29,649 nt of DNA from a virus (lineage: Duplodnaviria > Heunggongvirae > Uroviricota > Caudoviricetes), in IMG/VR virus record IMGVR_UViG_649989948_000014, positions 1 through 29,649 of that record; one strand, written 5' to 3'. Of the stretch, positions 14,238-22,379 are shown piece after piece. Both the position numbers and the translations under genes were made by a program. The first letter of the stretch is position 1. Every line of letters begins with the position of its first letter. The notes under the pieces are model-generated. The model saw nothing but the letters and a program-made list of their open reading frames with translations. It was not told where the DNA came from and made no database searches.

Positions 14238-14692
14238 TACGCCTCCTGTTTGTCGCGGAGCTGCTGGAACTCGCAGCTCTGCGGAATAGTCAGGTGGCAG
14301 CCAATATTCATCGCCCAGGCTTCAACCTTACACAGGAAGACATACATCTCTCCGGTATCAAGATCGGAGGTATGGCGTAACGACTGGATAGTGGTGATAT
14401 CACCGGTTACGACATCAACCAGGTCTTTGGTTTCATAACCGAGATATGTGTGTTTGAGAGCATCTTTTACCCAAGCTGGAGTGGCGAACGTTTTACCCTT
14501 GCTGATGAGGTATTCACTGATTTCGCTGTACCACATGTGGCTGAGTGCATTCTGGGAAAGACTGCGTCTCTCGCGCCACGGTTTAAGCACCATGCGAAAG
14601 CATTTGCCGTCCTCCAGATAAGGCTGGATCTGCCGACCGATAGCGGTGAAGTTACCGCGATGCAATTTGATACCATCTTGTGGGAGGTTCAC
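14237..14692 (-). CDS. ybcN: YbcN-like protein (DLP12 nin-region protein, reported DNA base-flipping activity)
   Basis: 151-aa [64 protein letters not shown]..., same length and position as DLP12 YbcN; likely GTG start. Confidence 0.85.
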   Translation of the reverse strand: MNLPQDGIKLHRGNFTAIGRQIQPYLEDGKCFRMVLKPWRERRSLSQNALSHMWYSEISEYLISKGKTFATPAWVKDALKHTYLGYETKDLVDVVTGDITTIQSLRHTSDLDTGEMYVFLCKVEAWAMNIGCHLTIPQSCEFQQLRDKQEA

Positions 14693-14884
14693 GCTTCACC
14701 TCCGCAGAGATCAAACGCTGGATGCAAAATATCGCAGGTGCATTTCTGCATCTGTGAATGGAGAAGAGAGGTTGGATTGTATGTGCGCATAAACGTCCCC
14801 GTTTAGCGCAGAAGTCACCGGAGGAGTTCAAACTCCGGTGACTTAATTATGGCAAGTTGATTGTTGAAAATCAATTTAGTGGAT

Positions 14885-15667
14885 TTAGGCGCAATACAAA
14901 GGATCATTAGCAGCTCTAATACCGCCCTGAATCGCAAGCCCTGTATGGCAATTTGACATTGAGCATGATTGCCATCTGTGCAAGGGACCTCCATTAATCG
15001 AAACTTCCAGCAGATCTTTATCTCCTTTCATCCTGACCCCTTCATACAACATATCAAGACGCTCAACAATCAATCCTGTTGGAGGTTCCATTTTTAGAAC
15101 GAGGGCAAACTCTCCTGGCCCACGTCGTATTGTTATACGCGGGCCGGTACACTCCACATCCCAATTGTCTGATTTAGCTTTCCATTCATTTTCATCTATC
15201 AGTAAAGTCTCCTTACCAATAGAATTACAGAAAATTCCTGATAAAAGCATCGGTCCATGTGGTATGGGTGAAGGTTTCACAGAAAGAATGGGTTGTTCGT
15301 TGACTACAATCAAATTTTGACAGTTATGAAACGTCACTCCTGCAAATTTTACTGTTATAGGCTCATTATGAAAATCAAACATTTCATTTGCAAAACCAGC
15401 CTGTAAGCACTTGGGATTTCTGTCAGCTATTTCCACTGTCTGTGCTGAAAGTCTACCACGAGCTCTTTTTTGATTGCATTGGGAGCAAAGAAGTGTCATT
15501 CCATTCGGATCATGTACTTTGGCATCAACGAAGTCAGGTTTAAAATGCTCATAATCATAAAATCCAAATCCACAAATTACACAGCCAAAGCCGCACCTTT
15601 GCCTTATCTGACGTTTTATTGTCTCAGGTATTCTTCTTGAGAGCCCGTGTTTATTAATATTGTCCAT
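14885..15667 (-). CDS. HNH-motif (His-Me finger) nuclease-like protein with uncharacterised ~190-aa C-terminal domain
   Basis: 260-aa ORF; N-terminus CGFGCVICGFGFYDYEHFKPDFVDAKVHDPNGMTLLCSQCNQKR has two CxxC pairs bracketing conserved His and Asn; AT-rich codon usage; rest unrecognised. Confidence 0.6.
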   Translation of the reverse strand: MDNINKHGLSRRIPETIKRQIRQRCGFGCVICGFGFYDYEHFKPDFVDAKVHDPNGMTLLCSQCNQKRARGRLSAQTVEIADRNPKCLQAGFANEMFDFHNEPITVKFAGVTFHNCQNLIVVNEQPILSVKPSPIPHGPMLLSGIFCNSIGKETLLIDENEWKAKSDNWDVECTGPRITIRRGPGEFALVLKMEPPTGLIVERLDMLYEGVRMKGDKDLLEVSINGGPLHRWQSCSMSNCHTGLAIQGGIRAANDPLYCA

Positions 15668-15841
15668 ATGGTTAGTACGCTATAAGTTTGTTTCTATAAT
15701 TTTACCACAATAGATAAGTTTGTATCAGAAATCGCTATATGGAGTGAGCGGAATATTTATATTATTCATGCAATTGCTCTCCCGTACGCAGCCCGCACTT
15801 CCGTCATCGCAGAATGACGGAAGCCTTACTAACTAGCGCCT

Positions 15842-16165
15842 TTATTGAAACAGATTCTGAGGTAAATGCGGCAATACTCGACTCCACTTATCATCCTGCC
15901 ACGGCTGAAGTTTTACATGTGCCGTTTCTCGGACGAGGATTGCTCGCGCTCTGTTGAGTATCTGGGGATATTCTTGCTCGATAGAAGTGAAGCGACCAGC
16001 TTCACGATGCTCCGCAACCTGAAGAAGAGGAGTAACGTTCTGGTAGGTAATTAACATCACATTCCCTGCTCGCCATAACCAGGCGAGTGTGCAAAGTTCG
16101 TTATCAGTGAATTGTTTTGTGATTGGGGATTGTTGAACTGCTAGAACGAGAACGCCAGCATCCAT
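15842..16165 (-). CDS. hypothetical protein (107 aa), upstream of and co-oriented with the HNH-motif gene
   Basis: Uninterrupted ORF between the recombinase and the HNH gene; an overlapping plus-strand ORF (15866..16054) is shorter; no motif recognised. Confidence 0.35.
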   Translation of the reverse strand: MDAGVLVLAVQQSPITKQFTDNELCTLAWLWRAGNVMLITYQNVTPLLQVAEHREAGRFTSIEQEYPQILNRARAILVRETAHVKLQPWQDDKWSRVLPHLPQNLFQ

Positions 16166-16276
16166 TGGCAGTCCCTATAGTAAAACCATAGCTCAGGACG
16201 CTTCGTTCAGGATAGATAATTTTATTGTACTTACCTAACTTTCTTACTATAGCACGGTTGAAAAAGTGATTATTAC

Positions 16277-17803
16277 TCAAAAATAAACCTCACCATCAAC
16301 CATATATTTGAGAGTACTTATCGCCTGCTGGGCAGATATTGTTTTCATTAAAGGATAGTGTTTAAAAACAATGCCATTCATAAAATAGATATCACAGGTT
16401 TTATTATCTGTATTGATTATGATTTTTTCGAATGTTTTATAGGCAAGTGTACGACATAGCTCTCGCCCATTTTTACTGGTTAAGTCAATAGCATGAAAAT
16501 CACCAAGTGAACTCACCGCTTTACTCTTCAAAGTTTTTAATGATACAGAAGCCCTTCGTAATTCCTTATCTAATACTCTGATTTTTTCTGCTATAGCGGT
16601 AACTTCAGGCGCAACAGATAATGCAGCAATTAAATTATTAATTTTCATCTGGAGCTCAATAATTTTCAACTCTAAAGTTTCATTAGCATCTTTCTTGTTT
16701 TCAACTGGTTGGATTTTACTACAATTAAAAAGCAACTCATTAATGATATTATAATCAACCAAATCTCTCTTTATTGATGGCCTGTCACATCGATGCAGTC
16801 TTCTCATCGGACAAACATAATAGCCATGCAAACTTCCAGATACCGCATGAACAATCATGGTATTACCACAAGCCTCGCACTTCATAACTGTTCGAAGTAG
16901 ATTTATCAACATAGGATTTTTGCTACTATTGCTAATACCAAAAGGTGCCAACCGAATTTCCTGCACAGCGTAAAACAAATCATCTGATATGACTCTGGGA
17001 TAATAGCCAGCGATTTCACTTATTCCTTTACCTCTTGCACGATATGAAGGTACGCATATACCTATCAGAGCTTTATTCGCTAATAATTTTTCAATTACAG
17101 AAGGTCCCCATGCACTTTCTTTTCCTGAGAAATTCTTTACAGCATGATCATTTAAATACTTGGCTATTGCATTCAATGAGCGCCTTTCCATCCTGAGTTT
17201 AAAAATTAGCTCAATAGTTTTCACCCTGTCGGGGTCTGGAACAAAAGCCGTTCTTTTGTCATCCAATGAGAGCCATCTCGGACAAGACGCCGTCATAATC
17301 GTGCCTGACTCCAGTGCATCCTGCCGTTTTTTCTTCCATGATAATTTAACCCGACTTGACTTTATCTCGCTTTCTTCATTTGCCCTTTGTGCTATAAGTA
17401 TGGCTTTTATTAATGAATATGGCTCATTCAATGAGTCAATATTATAGACTGTATTATCGCAAAGAGTTATAACATCAATACCGTGATTCAAAATCAATTT
17501 CAGACGCTCAATCGCTTCACCGACTTTTTCTCTTGAAAGTCTGTCCAGACTTTCAACTAACAATGTAGTCCCTGGCAATATATAACCATGTTCTATAGCA
17601 TCTAAAAATTCCGAAAAAGCTCCTGATTGTGCATGCTTTCCATTGAATGCGCTTAACCCCAGATCTTCATACGTTACGGTATCAAGGTAATAATCACTAT
17701 TTACCTTTAGCCATTCAGTAATAAGCCTTCTCTGGCGGTTTAATGAATCACCAGACATCTGACCTGGTGATGAAAATCGCATATATGCTATGGCTTTTTT
17801 CAT
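16277..17803 (-). CDS. ybcK: large serine recombinase (YbcK-like)
   Basis: 508-aa ORF; N-terminal resolvase-type motif AIAYMRFSSPGQ (catalytic Ser), C-terminal Cys cluster CEACGNTMIVH...YYVCPMRRLHRC; same size and neighbourhood (next to emrE) as DLP12 ybcK. Confidence 0.85.
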   Translation of the reverse strand: MKKAIAYMRFSSPGQMSGDSLNRQRRLITEWLKVNSDYYLDTVTYEDLGLSAFNGKHAQSGAFSEFLDAIEHGYILPGTTLLVESLDRLSREKVGEAIERLKLILNHGIDVITLCDNTVYNIDSLNEPYSLIKAILIAQRANEESEIKSSRVKLSWKKKRQDALESGTIMTASCPRWLSLDDKRTAFVPDPDRVKTIELIFKLRMERRSLNAIAKYLNDHAVKNFSGKESAWGPSVIEKLLANKALIGICVPSYRARGKGISEIAGYYPRVISDDLFYAVQEIRLAPFGISNSSKNPMLINLLRTVMKCEACGNTMIVHAVSGSLHGYYVCPMRRLHRCDRPSIKRDLVDYNIINELLFNCSKIQPVENKKDANETLELKIIELQMKINNLIAALSVAPEVTAIAEKIRVLDKELRRASVSLKTLKSKAVSSLGDFHAIDLTSKNGRELCRTLAYKTFEKIIINTDNKTCDIYFMNGIVFKHYPLMKTISAQQAISTLKYMVDGEVYF

Positions 17804-18058
17804 GGTGACACCTGCTAAAGTATGCTTTTATAAACCTTAGTGGTGAGATATGATTTTTGTTTAATTTTTATTTAAAAAGACAATTAAGGTCACATTATCT
17901 TGAATATACAACAATAATCGTATTGCAATTTTCTTACACCATAATCTTGAAAGCACAAAAGAATGAATAAAAACTAAAGACATTAACAAAAAGCATAAAA
18001 CGAGGCCCATATAAATATACGAGCCTCCATATTTTAGTCGTTTAAAAACAAATTATTT

Positions 18059-18391
18059 TTAATGTGGTGTGCTTCGTGACAATAAATTAATAACCAACAC
18101 ACCGGCACAAATCAACATCATGCCTATAATGGCTGGCAGGTCCAACCGTTGGCCGAAAAATCCCCATGATAGTAAGCTAATCAGGACAATACCGACTCCT
18201 GACCAGATAGCATAAGCAATCCCTGTAGGAATATAAGCCAGCGTCTGAGCTAATAACCAGAATGATGCACAATAACAAATAATTGTACCAACAGATGGCC
18301 ATAACCGTGTAAAACCTTCTGAAAACTTCATTAAGGTTGTACCAATGACCTCTGCAAGTATTGCACCACCAAGATAAATATAAGGATTCAT
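18059..18391 (-). CDS. emrE: small multidrug resistance efflux transporter EmrE
   Basis: ORF 18059..18445; from the internal Met MNPYIYLGGAILAEVIGTTLMKFSEGFTRLWPSVGTIICYCASFWLLAQTLAYIPTGIAYAIWSGVGIVLISLLSWGFFGQRLDLPAIIGMMLICAGVLVINLLSRSTPH (110 aa, four TM) matches EmrE. Confidence 0.92.
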   Translation of the reverse strand: MNPYIYLGGAILAEVIGTTLMKFSEGFTRLWPSVGTIICYCASFWLLAQTLAYIPTGIAYAIWSGVGIVLISLLSWGFFGQRLDLPAIIGMMLICAGVLVINLLSRSTPH

Positions 18392-18458
18392 AGCATATTC
18401 TTTCCTGTTCAAACTGGAGAGAATTGTACTACAGTTTGAACTCAACTCACCTGTTTCA

Positions 18459-18761
18459 TCATTGTGTACCCATTGATGTTCTTTTATATACCCTCAATAC
18501 CCGTTTCATCGCGGCACTCTGGCGACACTCCTTAAAAATCAAATTCGTGCTCACCTTTCCTTCCCATTCTTCTCTGGTAGCGAACCGATAATACACCGTT
18601 CGCCAGACCTTACCATCAACGACCAGGATTCCTGCCCGCGCCATTTTAGCCGCAGCCTGATTTATGCTGGTTACCGTTGCGCCTGTTACCGCGGCAACGT
18701 CCTGCGCACAGAATTTCTTATGAGTCCCCAGGTAATGAATAATTGCCTCTTTGCCCGTCAT
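18459..18761 (-). CDS. ren: Ren protein
   Basis: 100-aa ORF MTGKEAIIHYLGTHKKFCAQDVAAVTGATVTSINQAAAKMARAGILVVDGKVWRTVYYRFATREEWEGK... matches lambda Ren; follows P. Confidence 0.9.
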   Translation of the reverse strand: MTGKEAIIHYLGTHKKFCAQDVAAVTGATVTSINQAAAKMARAGILVVDGKVWRTVYYRFATREEWEGKVSTNLIFKECRQSAAMKRVLRVYKRTSMGTQ

Positions 18762-19459
18762 ACCCTTGCTCCTTTCAGCCCAAACTTAGCTTTGATTTCT
18801 GCGATCTTCGCCAGAGCCTGTGCACGATTTAGAGGTCTACCGCCCATGACAGGAAGTTGTTTTACTGGTTCAGGTATAGCCTCACCACGGTTAATTCGTG
18901 CGGTCATACAGGACAGTTCATCGGCAGCCTTGCGCCGTAATTCCGCGTCAGTCAACGCATTGGCCCGCATGTTCTGATACAGGTTGGTAACCAGCCAGTA
19001 GTGCGCGTTTGATTTCCACGGATAAGACTCTGCATCCGGATACAGCCCGCGCTTCCGGCAATACTCGTAAACCATATCAACCAGCTCGCTGGCGTTTGGC
19101 AGCCCGGCGGTAACGGATGCTTCTTCCCGGCACCAGGCGACAAACTGCCCGGGTGATGGCAGGAATGGTCGATTCTGCCGACGGGCTACGCGCATTCCAG
19201 CGTTAACCTGTTCCATTGTGGTGATCCCGTTTTCCCAGAAAGCCAGAACCCACTGGCGGCGGATTTCGTTCAGTTCATTCTGGTCACGGTTAGCCAGGCT
19301 CGCCGGGAAAGTTGCCAGTAACTGGCTGAACACACCGTTGATGATCTGCGCTACCTGCTGTACCTGCGGCTTTTCGTCGTACTGTTCCGGCATGTTGTTG
19401 GCGATCCGGCGCATCTGCTCACGGTCAAAGTTAACCATCTGTGCGGCGATGTTTTTCAT
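18758..19459 (-). CDS. P: replication protein P (DnaB helicase loader)
   Basis: 233-aa ORF MKNIAAQMVNFDREQMRRIANNMPEQYDEKPQVQQVAQIINGVFSQLLATFPASLANRDQNE... near-identical to lambda P. Confidence 0.96.
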   Translation of the reverse strand: MKNIAAQMVNFDREQMRRIANNMPEQYDEKPQVQQVAQIINGVFSQLLATFPASLANRDQNELNEIRRQWVLAFWENGITTMEQVNAGMRVARRQNRPFLPSPGQFVAWCREEASVTAGLPNASELVDMVYEYCRKRGLYPDAESYPWKSNAHYWLVTNLYQNMRANALTDAELRRKAADELSCMTARINRGEAIPEPVKQLPVMGGRPLNRAQALAKIAEIKAKFGLKGARV

Positions 19460-20475
19460 AAATCCACCCCGTAAATCCAGTCAGTGTTTGTCAGGTCGAG
19501 TTTTGATTTTCCGGTTGTCACGCCAGCCTGTTGCTTGTTACGGTTGATTTCGAGTTGGGTCCACTTGTCGCGGAGTTTGGCCGGACTCAGCACGTTACCG
19601 GACCAGAAGTTGTCCTGGCATGCCCAGCGGAACAGCACGCACATGTCGCGGTGGTTACGTCCGTCACGTTCACGCATCAGGCGGATATCGTTAGCCCACC
19701 CTGCAAAATTCGGTTTTCTGGCTGAGGGCGCGATGGTCTTCACCATGTTAAACATCCACTCTGCGGCGGTCAGGTCTTCTGCTGTCCCCCACTTGCTGCC
19801 GCTCTGAATTGCAGCATCCAGTTTCTCCAAAGGAAAGTCGTTTTCTGGCTGGTCAGAGGATTCGCCAGAATTCTCGGACGAAAAAGGTTTTATATTGTCT
19901 TTTGTTAGTTTGTCTTTTGTGTTTACCTGATTCGGGTAAACGCCTTTACCTGATTTGGGTAAACTTTTCTTACCTGATTCAGGTAAATTTACCTCTTTCA
20001 GGTAAACTTTATTTTTCTTACCTGATTCGGGTAATGTTGACCATTCACTGACCACATTATTAATGCCGATATTCCGCCCACTCTGAATAAAAATCCCACG
20101 CTTTACCAGAACACTTTTTGCAGCAGAACACTTGTGCGGCAATATCCCGGTCAACTCGGAAAGTTGCTCGTTGCTCACCCAATCCAGTTTTTTATTAAAG
20201 CCATATGTTTTGCGCATGACAGCCAGGAAGACCAGAAGCTGGTGCTGTGTTAATCCGGCCAGCATCACAGCTTCCAGCAACTCATTTGCAATGCGCGTAT
20301 AACCATCATCGAGATCTGCCACGCGCGGCTCCTTTTGTGCCGCATCCGGCACTGGAAAATTGAATATCTCAGCAGTGTTTGCCATAATTCCTCCCGCAAT
20401 GAGTGTGTTACGATTTGCACCTGAAAGTCGGTTCTGTTCCAGCAGACCGGCTTTCGCCATTTCTGAACCTGTCAT
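19456..20475 (-). CDS. O: replication initiator O (start may be the internal Met near 20385)
   Basis: ORF contains MANTAEIFNFPVPDAAQKEPRVADLDDGYTRIANELLEAVMLAGLTQHQLLVFLAVMRKTYGFNK..., lambda O-like N-terminal domain and C-terminal P-interaction region; iterons inside the gene. Confidence 0.9.
   Translation of the reverse strand: MTGSEMAKAGLLEQNRLSGANRNTLIAGGIMANTAEIFNFPVPDAAQKEPRVADLDDGYTRIANELLEAVMLAGLTQHQLLVFLAVMRKTYGFNKKLDWVSNEQLSELTGILPHKCSAAKSVLVKRGIFIQSGRNIGINNVVSEWSTLPESGKKNKVYLKEVNLPESGKKSLPKSGKGVYPNQVNTKDKLTKDNIKPFSSENSGESSDQPENDFPLEKLDAAIQSGSKWGTAEDLTAAEWMFNMVKTIAPSARKPNFAGWANDIRLMRERDGRNHRDMCVLFRWACQDNFWSGNVLSPAKLRDKWTQLEINRNKQQAGVTTGKSKLDLTNTDWIYGVDL
19924..20034. repeat. replication origin iterons (four ~18-bp direct repeats) with adjacent AT-rich region (about 19880-19921)
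   Basis: Plus strand shows tacctgattcgggtaaa / tacctgatttgggtaaa / tacctgattcaggtaaa / tacctgattcgggtaa at ~23-bp spacing, each an internal palindrome, inside O, followed by aaaaggttttatattgtcttttgttagtttgtcttttgtg. Confidence 0.85.
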
Positions 20476-21011
20476 ATCGCCCCCAGCATGGTAGTAACCA
20501 TCGCCATCAATGGACCAGCCAGATCTGGGTCCACACGAAACATCGACACAATACCTTCACTAATTTCCTTCAGTTTCTGGTGGCGTGGTGCGTTGAGAAT
20601 GACAGCCTGTTTTGCCTCACTGAGTTCCTTTTCCATTTCAGCCAACCTAGCCATGAAGCTATCCTGCTCAACCAGGTAACCGCGATATTCCAGCGGTAGT
20701 ACCGCCAGAATTGCCGGGGTCAGTTCACGCACATTATTTCGGTATTTTTCAGAATCGAATTTGTTATCGAGGAAGCGGAACAGCTTCTGGCGTGCACGGC
20801 TGACATCATCAGGGAAATCGATGGTGCCGCCGCCCTGCTCCCGATACTCATTCACAATGAGTGTGGCAACGACATCCTGATTATCTACAGCCGACCAGGC
20901 GCGGACGGCATCACGGATTTTTTCGTGGCCTGGCACCTGTTTTGTTTGAGAACGATTTATCACCGCAGTCGGGCTAAATCCGCTAGTCTGTTGGTATGTA
21001 AGTGGTTGCAT
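20472..21011 (-). CDS. CII-like lysogeny regulator, long (179 aa) form (CP76-type CII family suggested)
   Basis: Occupies the cII position between cro and O; good AAGGAG-type RBS; family assignment is from memory and position only. Confidence 0.45.
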   Translation of the reverse strand: MQPLTYQQTSGFSPTAVINRSQTKQVPGHEKIRDAVRAWSAVDNQDVVATLIVNEYREQGGGTIDFPDDVSRARQKLFRFLDNKFDSEKYRNNVRELTPAILAVLPLEYRGYLVEQDSFMARLAEMEKELSEAKQAVILNAPRHQKLKEISEGIVSMFRVDPDLAGPLMAMVTTMLGAI

Positions 21012-21056
21012 AATTGACTCCTTTAGTTTGAATTGACTGTTAAGTTGATTGCTTAT

Positions 21057-21068
21057 TGTTAAAGAGCG
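21057..21068 (-). promoter_or_regulatory. boxA-like element at the nutR position
   Basis: Minus strand reads CGCTCTTTAACA between cro and the cII-like gene, close to the lambda boxA consensus CGCTCTTA; no obvious boxB hairpin seen next to it. Confidence 0.35.
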
Positions 21069-21080
21069 TGAAATGGAAAT

Positions 21081-21311
21081 TTAAGCTGCGTTCTTTTCGG
21101 TGTGTGGAAACAACTTCGGAAGATCCGGGCGAATCTGGTATGCCTTCACTACTCCACCAGTAGCCGTAACAATGCTGCCGACATGTTCAGGGGATACCTT
21201 TGCTTTGTTGTGAAGCCACTTATAGACGGCCTGCTGTGAAACTTCGCAAGCAGCGCCCAGTTTCTTTTGTGAACCAACGATATTGATCGCTGTTTTGATA
21301 GCTGGGTTCAT
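21081..21311 (-). CDS. cro: Cro-like repressor
   Basis: 76-aa ORF divergent from cI with HTH-like segment GSQKKLGAACEVSQQAVYKWL. Confidence 0.7.
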   Translation of the reverse strand: MNPAIKTAINIVGSQKKLGAACEVSQQAVYKWLHNKAKVSPEHVGSIVTATGGVVKAYQIRPDLPKLFPHTEKNAA

Positions 21312-21415
21312 AACAACCTCCGTGGTTAATTTGAATCAAGATTAAAACTATGGTTGTTTTTAGTCAACAACCATTTTCGTTTGATGGAATAAAACCTTGG
21401 TTGTACATTTGGACT
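21312..21415. promoter_or_regulatory. oR region with divergent pR/pRM (candidate operators)
   Basis: 104-bp cI-cro intergenic region containing three spaced copies of an ACAAC/GTTGT half-site motif (actatgGTTGTtttt, agtcaACAACcatttt, ccttgGTTGTacat), also found at the candidate oL. Confidence 0.5.
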
Positions 21416-22105
21416 ATGAAAACAACACTCTCAGAAAGACTTAAAGAAGCCAGATTAGCGCGAGGCCTTACACAAAAGGCGCTTGGGGATTTGGTCGGGG
21501 TTAGCCAGGCTGCTATTCAGAAAATCGAAACAGGGAAAGCTAATCAAACAACTAAAATCGTGGAGATCGCGAACGCTTTGGGTGTGCGCGCAGAATGGTT
21601 ATCTTCTGGCGTTGGAAATATGTCAGACAGTACAGTGCAACCAATACAATCAACTGTCAGCCATTCCAAATACTTCAAGATTGACGTTCTTGATATAGAA
21701 GTCAGTGCTGGGCCGGGAGTCATCAACCGTGAGTTTGTAGAAGTTCTACGCTCGGTTGAGTACTCGTTTGACGATGCTCGTCACATGTTCGATGGTAGGA
21801 AGGCGGAAAATATCCGCATCATTAACGTGCGTGGTGACAGCATGTCAGGAACGATCGAACCAGGTGATCTGCTGTTCGTTGATATCACAGTTAAATCTTT
21901 CGACGGTGATGGTATCTATGCGTTTCTGTACGACGACACAGCCCATGTAAAGCGCCTGCAAATGATGAAGAATAAGCTGCTGGTCATCTCTGATAACAAA
22001 AGCTACTCACCGTGGGACCCGATCGAGAAAGACGAGATGAACCGGGTGTTCATCTTCGGTAAGGTTATTGGGAGCATGCCGCAGACATATAGGAAGCATG
22101 GGTAG
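21416..22105 (+). CDS. cI: CI repressor (HTH plus LexA-like S24 autopeptidase domain), non-lambda immunity specificity
   Basis: ORF 21350..22105; from the internal Met MKTTLSERLKEARLARGLTQKALGDLVGVSQAAIQKIETGK... (HTH), Ala-Gly cleavage site in VSAGPG, Ser in GDSMSGT and Lys in HVKRL. Confidence 0.85.
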   Translation: MKTTLSERLKEARLARGLTQKALGDLVGVSQAAIQKIETGKANQTTKIVEIANALGVRAEWLSSGVGNMSDSTVQPIQSTVSHSKYFKIDVLDIEVSAGPGVINREFVEVLRSVEYSFDDARHMFDGRKAENIRIINVRGDSMSGTIEPGDLLFVDITVKSFDGDGIYAFLYDDTAHVKRLQMMKNKLLVISDNKSYSPWDPIEKDEMNRVFIFGKVIGSMPQTYRKHG

Positions 22106-22226
22106 TACCAATTAAAAATTATCAACTGGGCATTGTGCTCATTCAGTAAAGAACTAATTCCTATCTTTGCTCTAGGTAGTAATATTAAGCCACCGCAATA
22201 ATATCTTTACCTAACGGCGTAAGAAT

Positions 22227-22254
22227 CCCGGTCACCGTGCCGGGTTTTCTTTTG
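22227..22254 (+). terminator. intrinsic terminator downstream of cI
   Basis: CCCGG tcaccgtg CCGGG followed by TTTTCTTTTG, ~120 bp after the cI stop, where lambda carries rexA-rexB. Confidence 0.55.
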
Positions 22255-22379
22255 CCCTCCCCTCATCACACACACCGTTAAAAAACCACCATAACCTCGC
22301 TTCAGTTATCGCTATGCGATTCAAGTCACAAAATAAATCCATCCTAAATACAACCAGTTATATCTAAAACAACCAATAA

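Noticed and set aside
13269-14438. Plus-strand ORFs 13269..13766, 13822..14076, 13877..14215 and 13881..14438 in the nin region
   Set aside because: All are antisense to rusA, ylcG, ybcO and ninE, which are recognisable; no RBS or motif support
19924-20034. Possibility that the spaced direct repeats are a CRISPR array
   Set aside because: Only four ~18-bp repeats with ~5-bp spacers, inside the O coding sequence and matching ori-lambda architecture; no leader or cas genes
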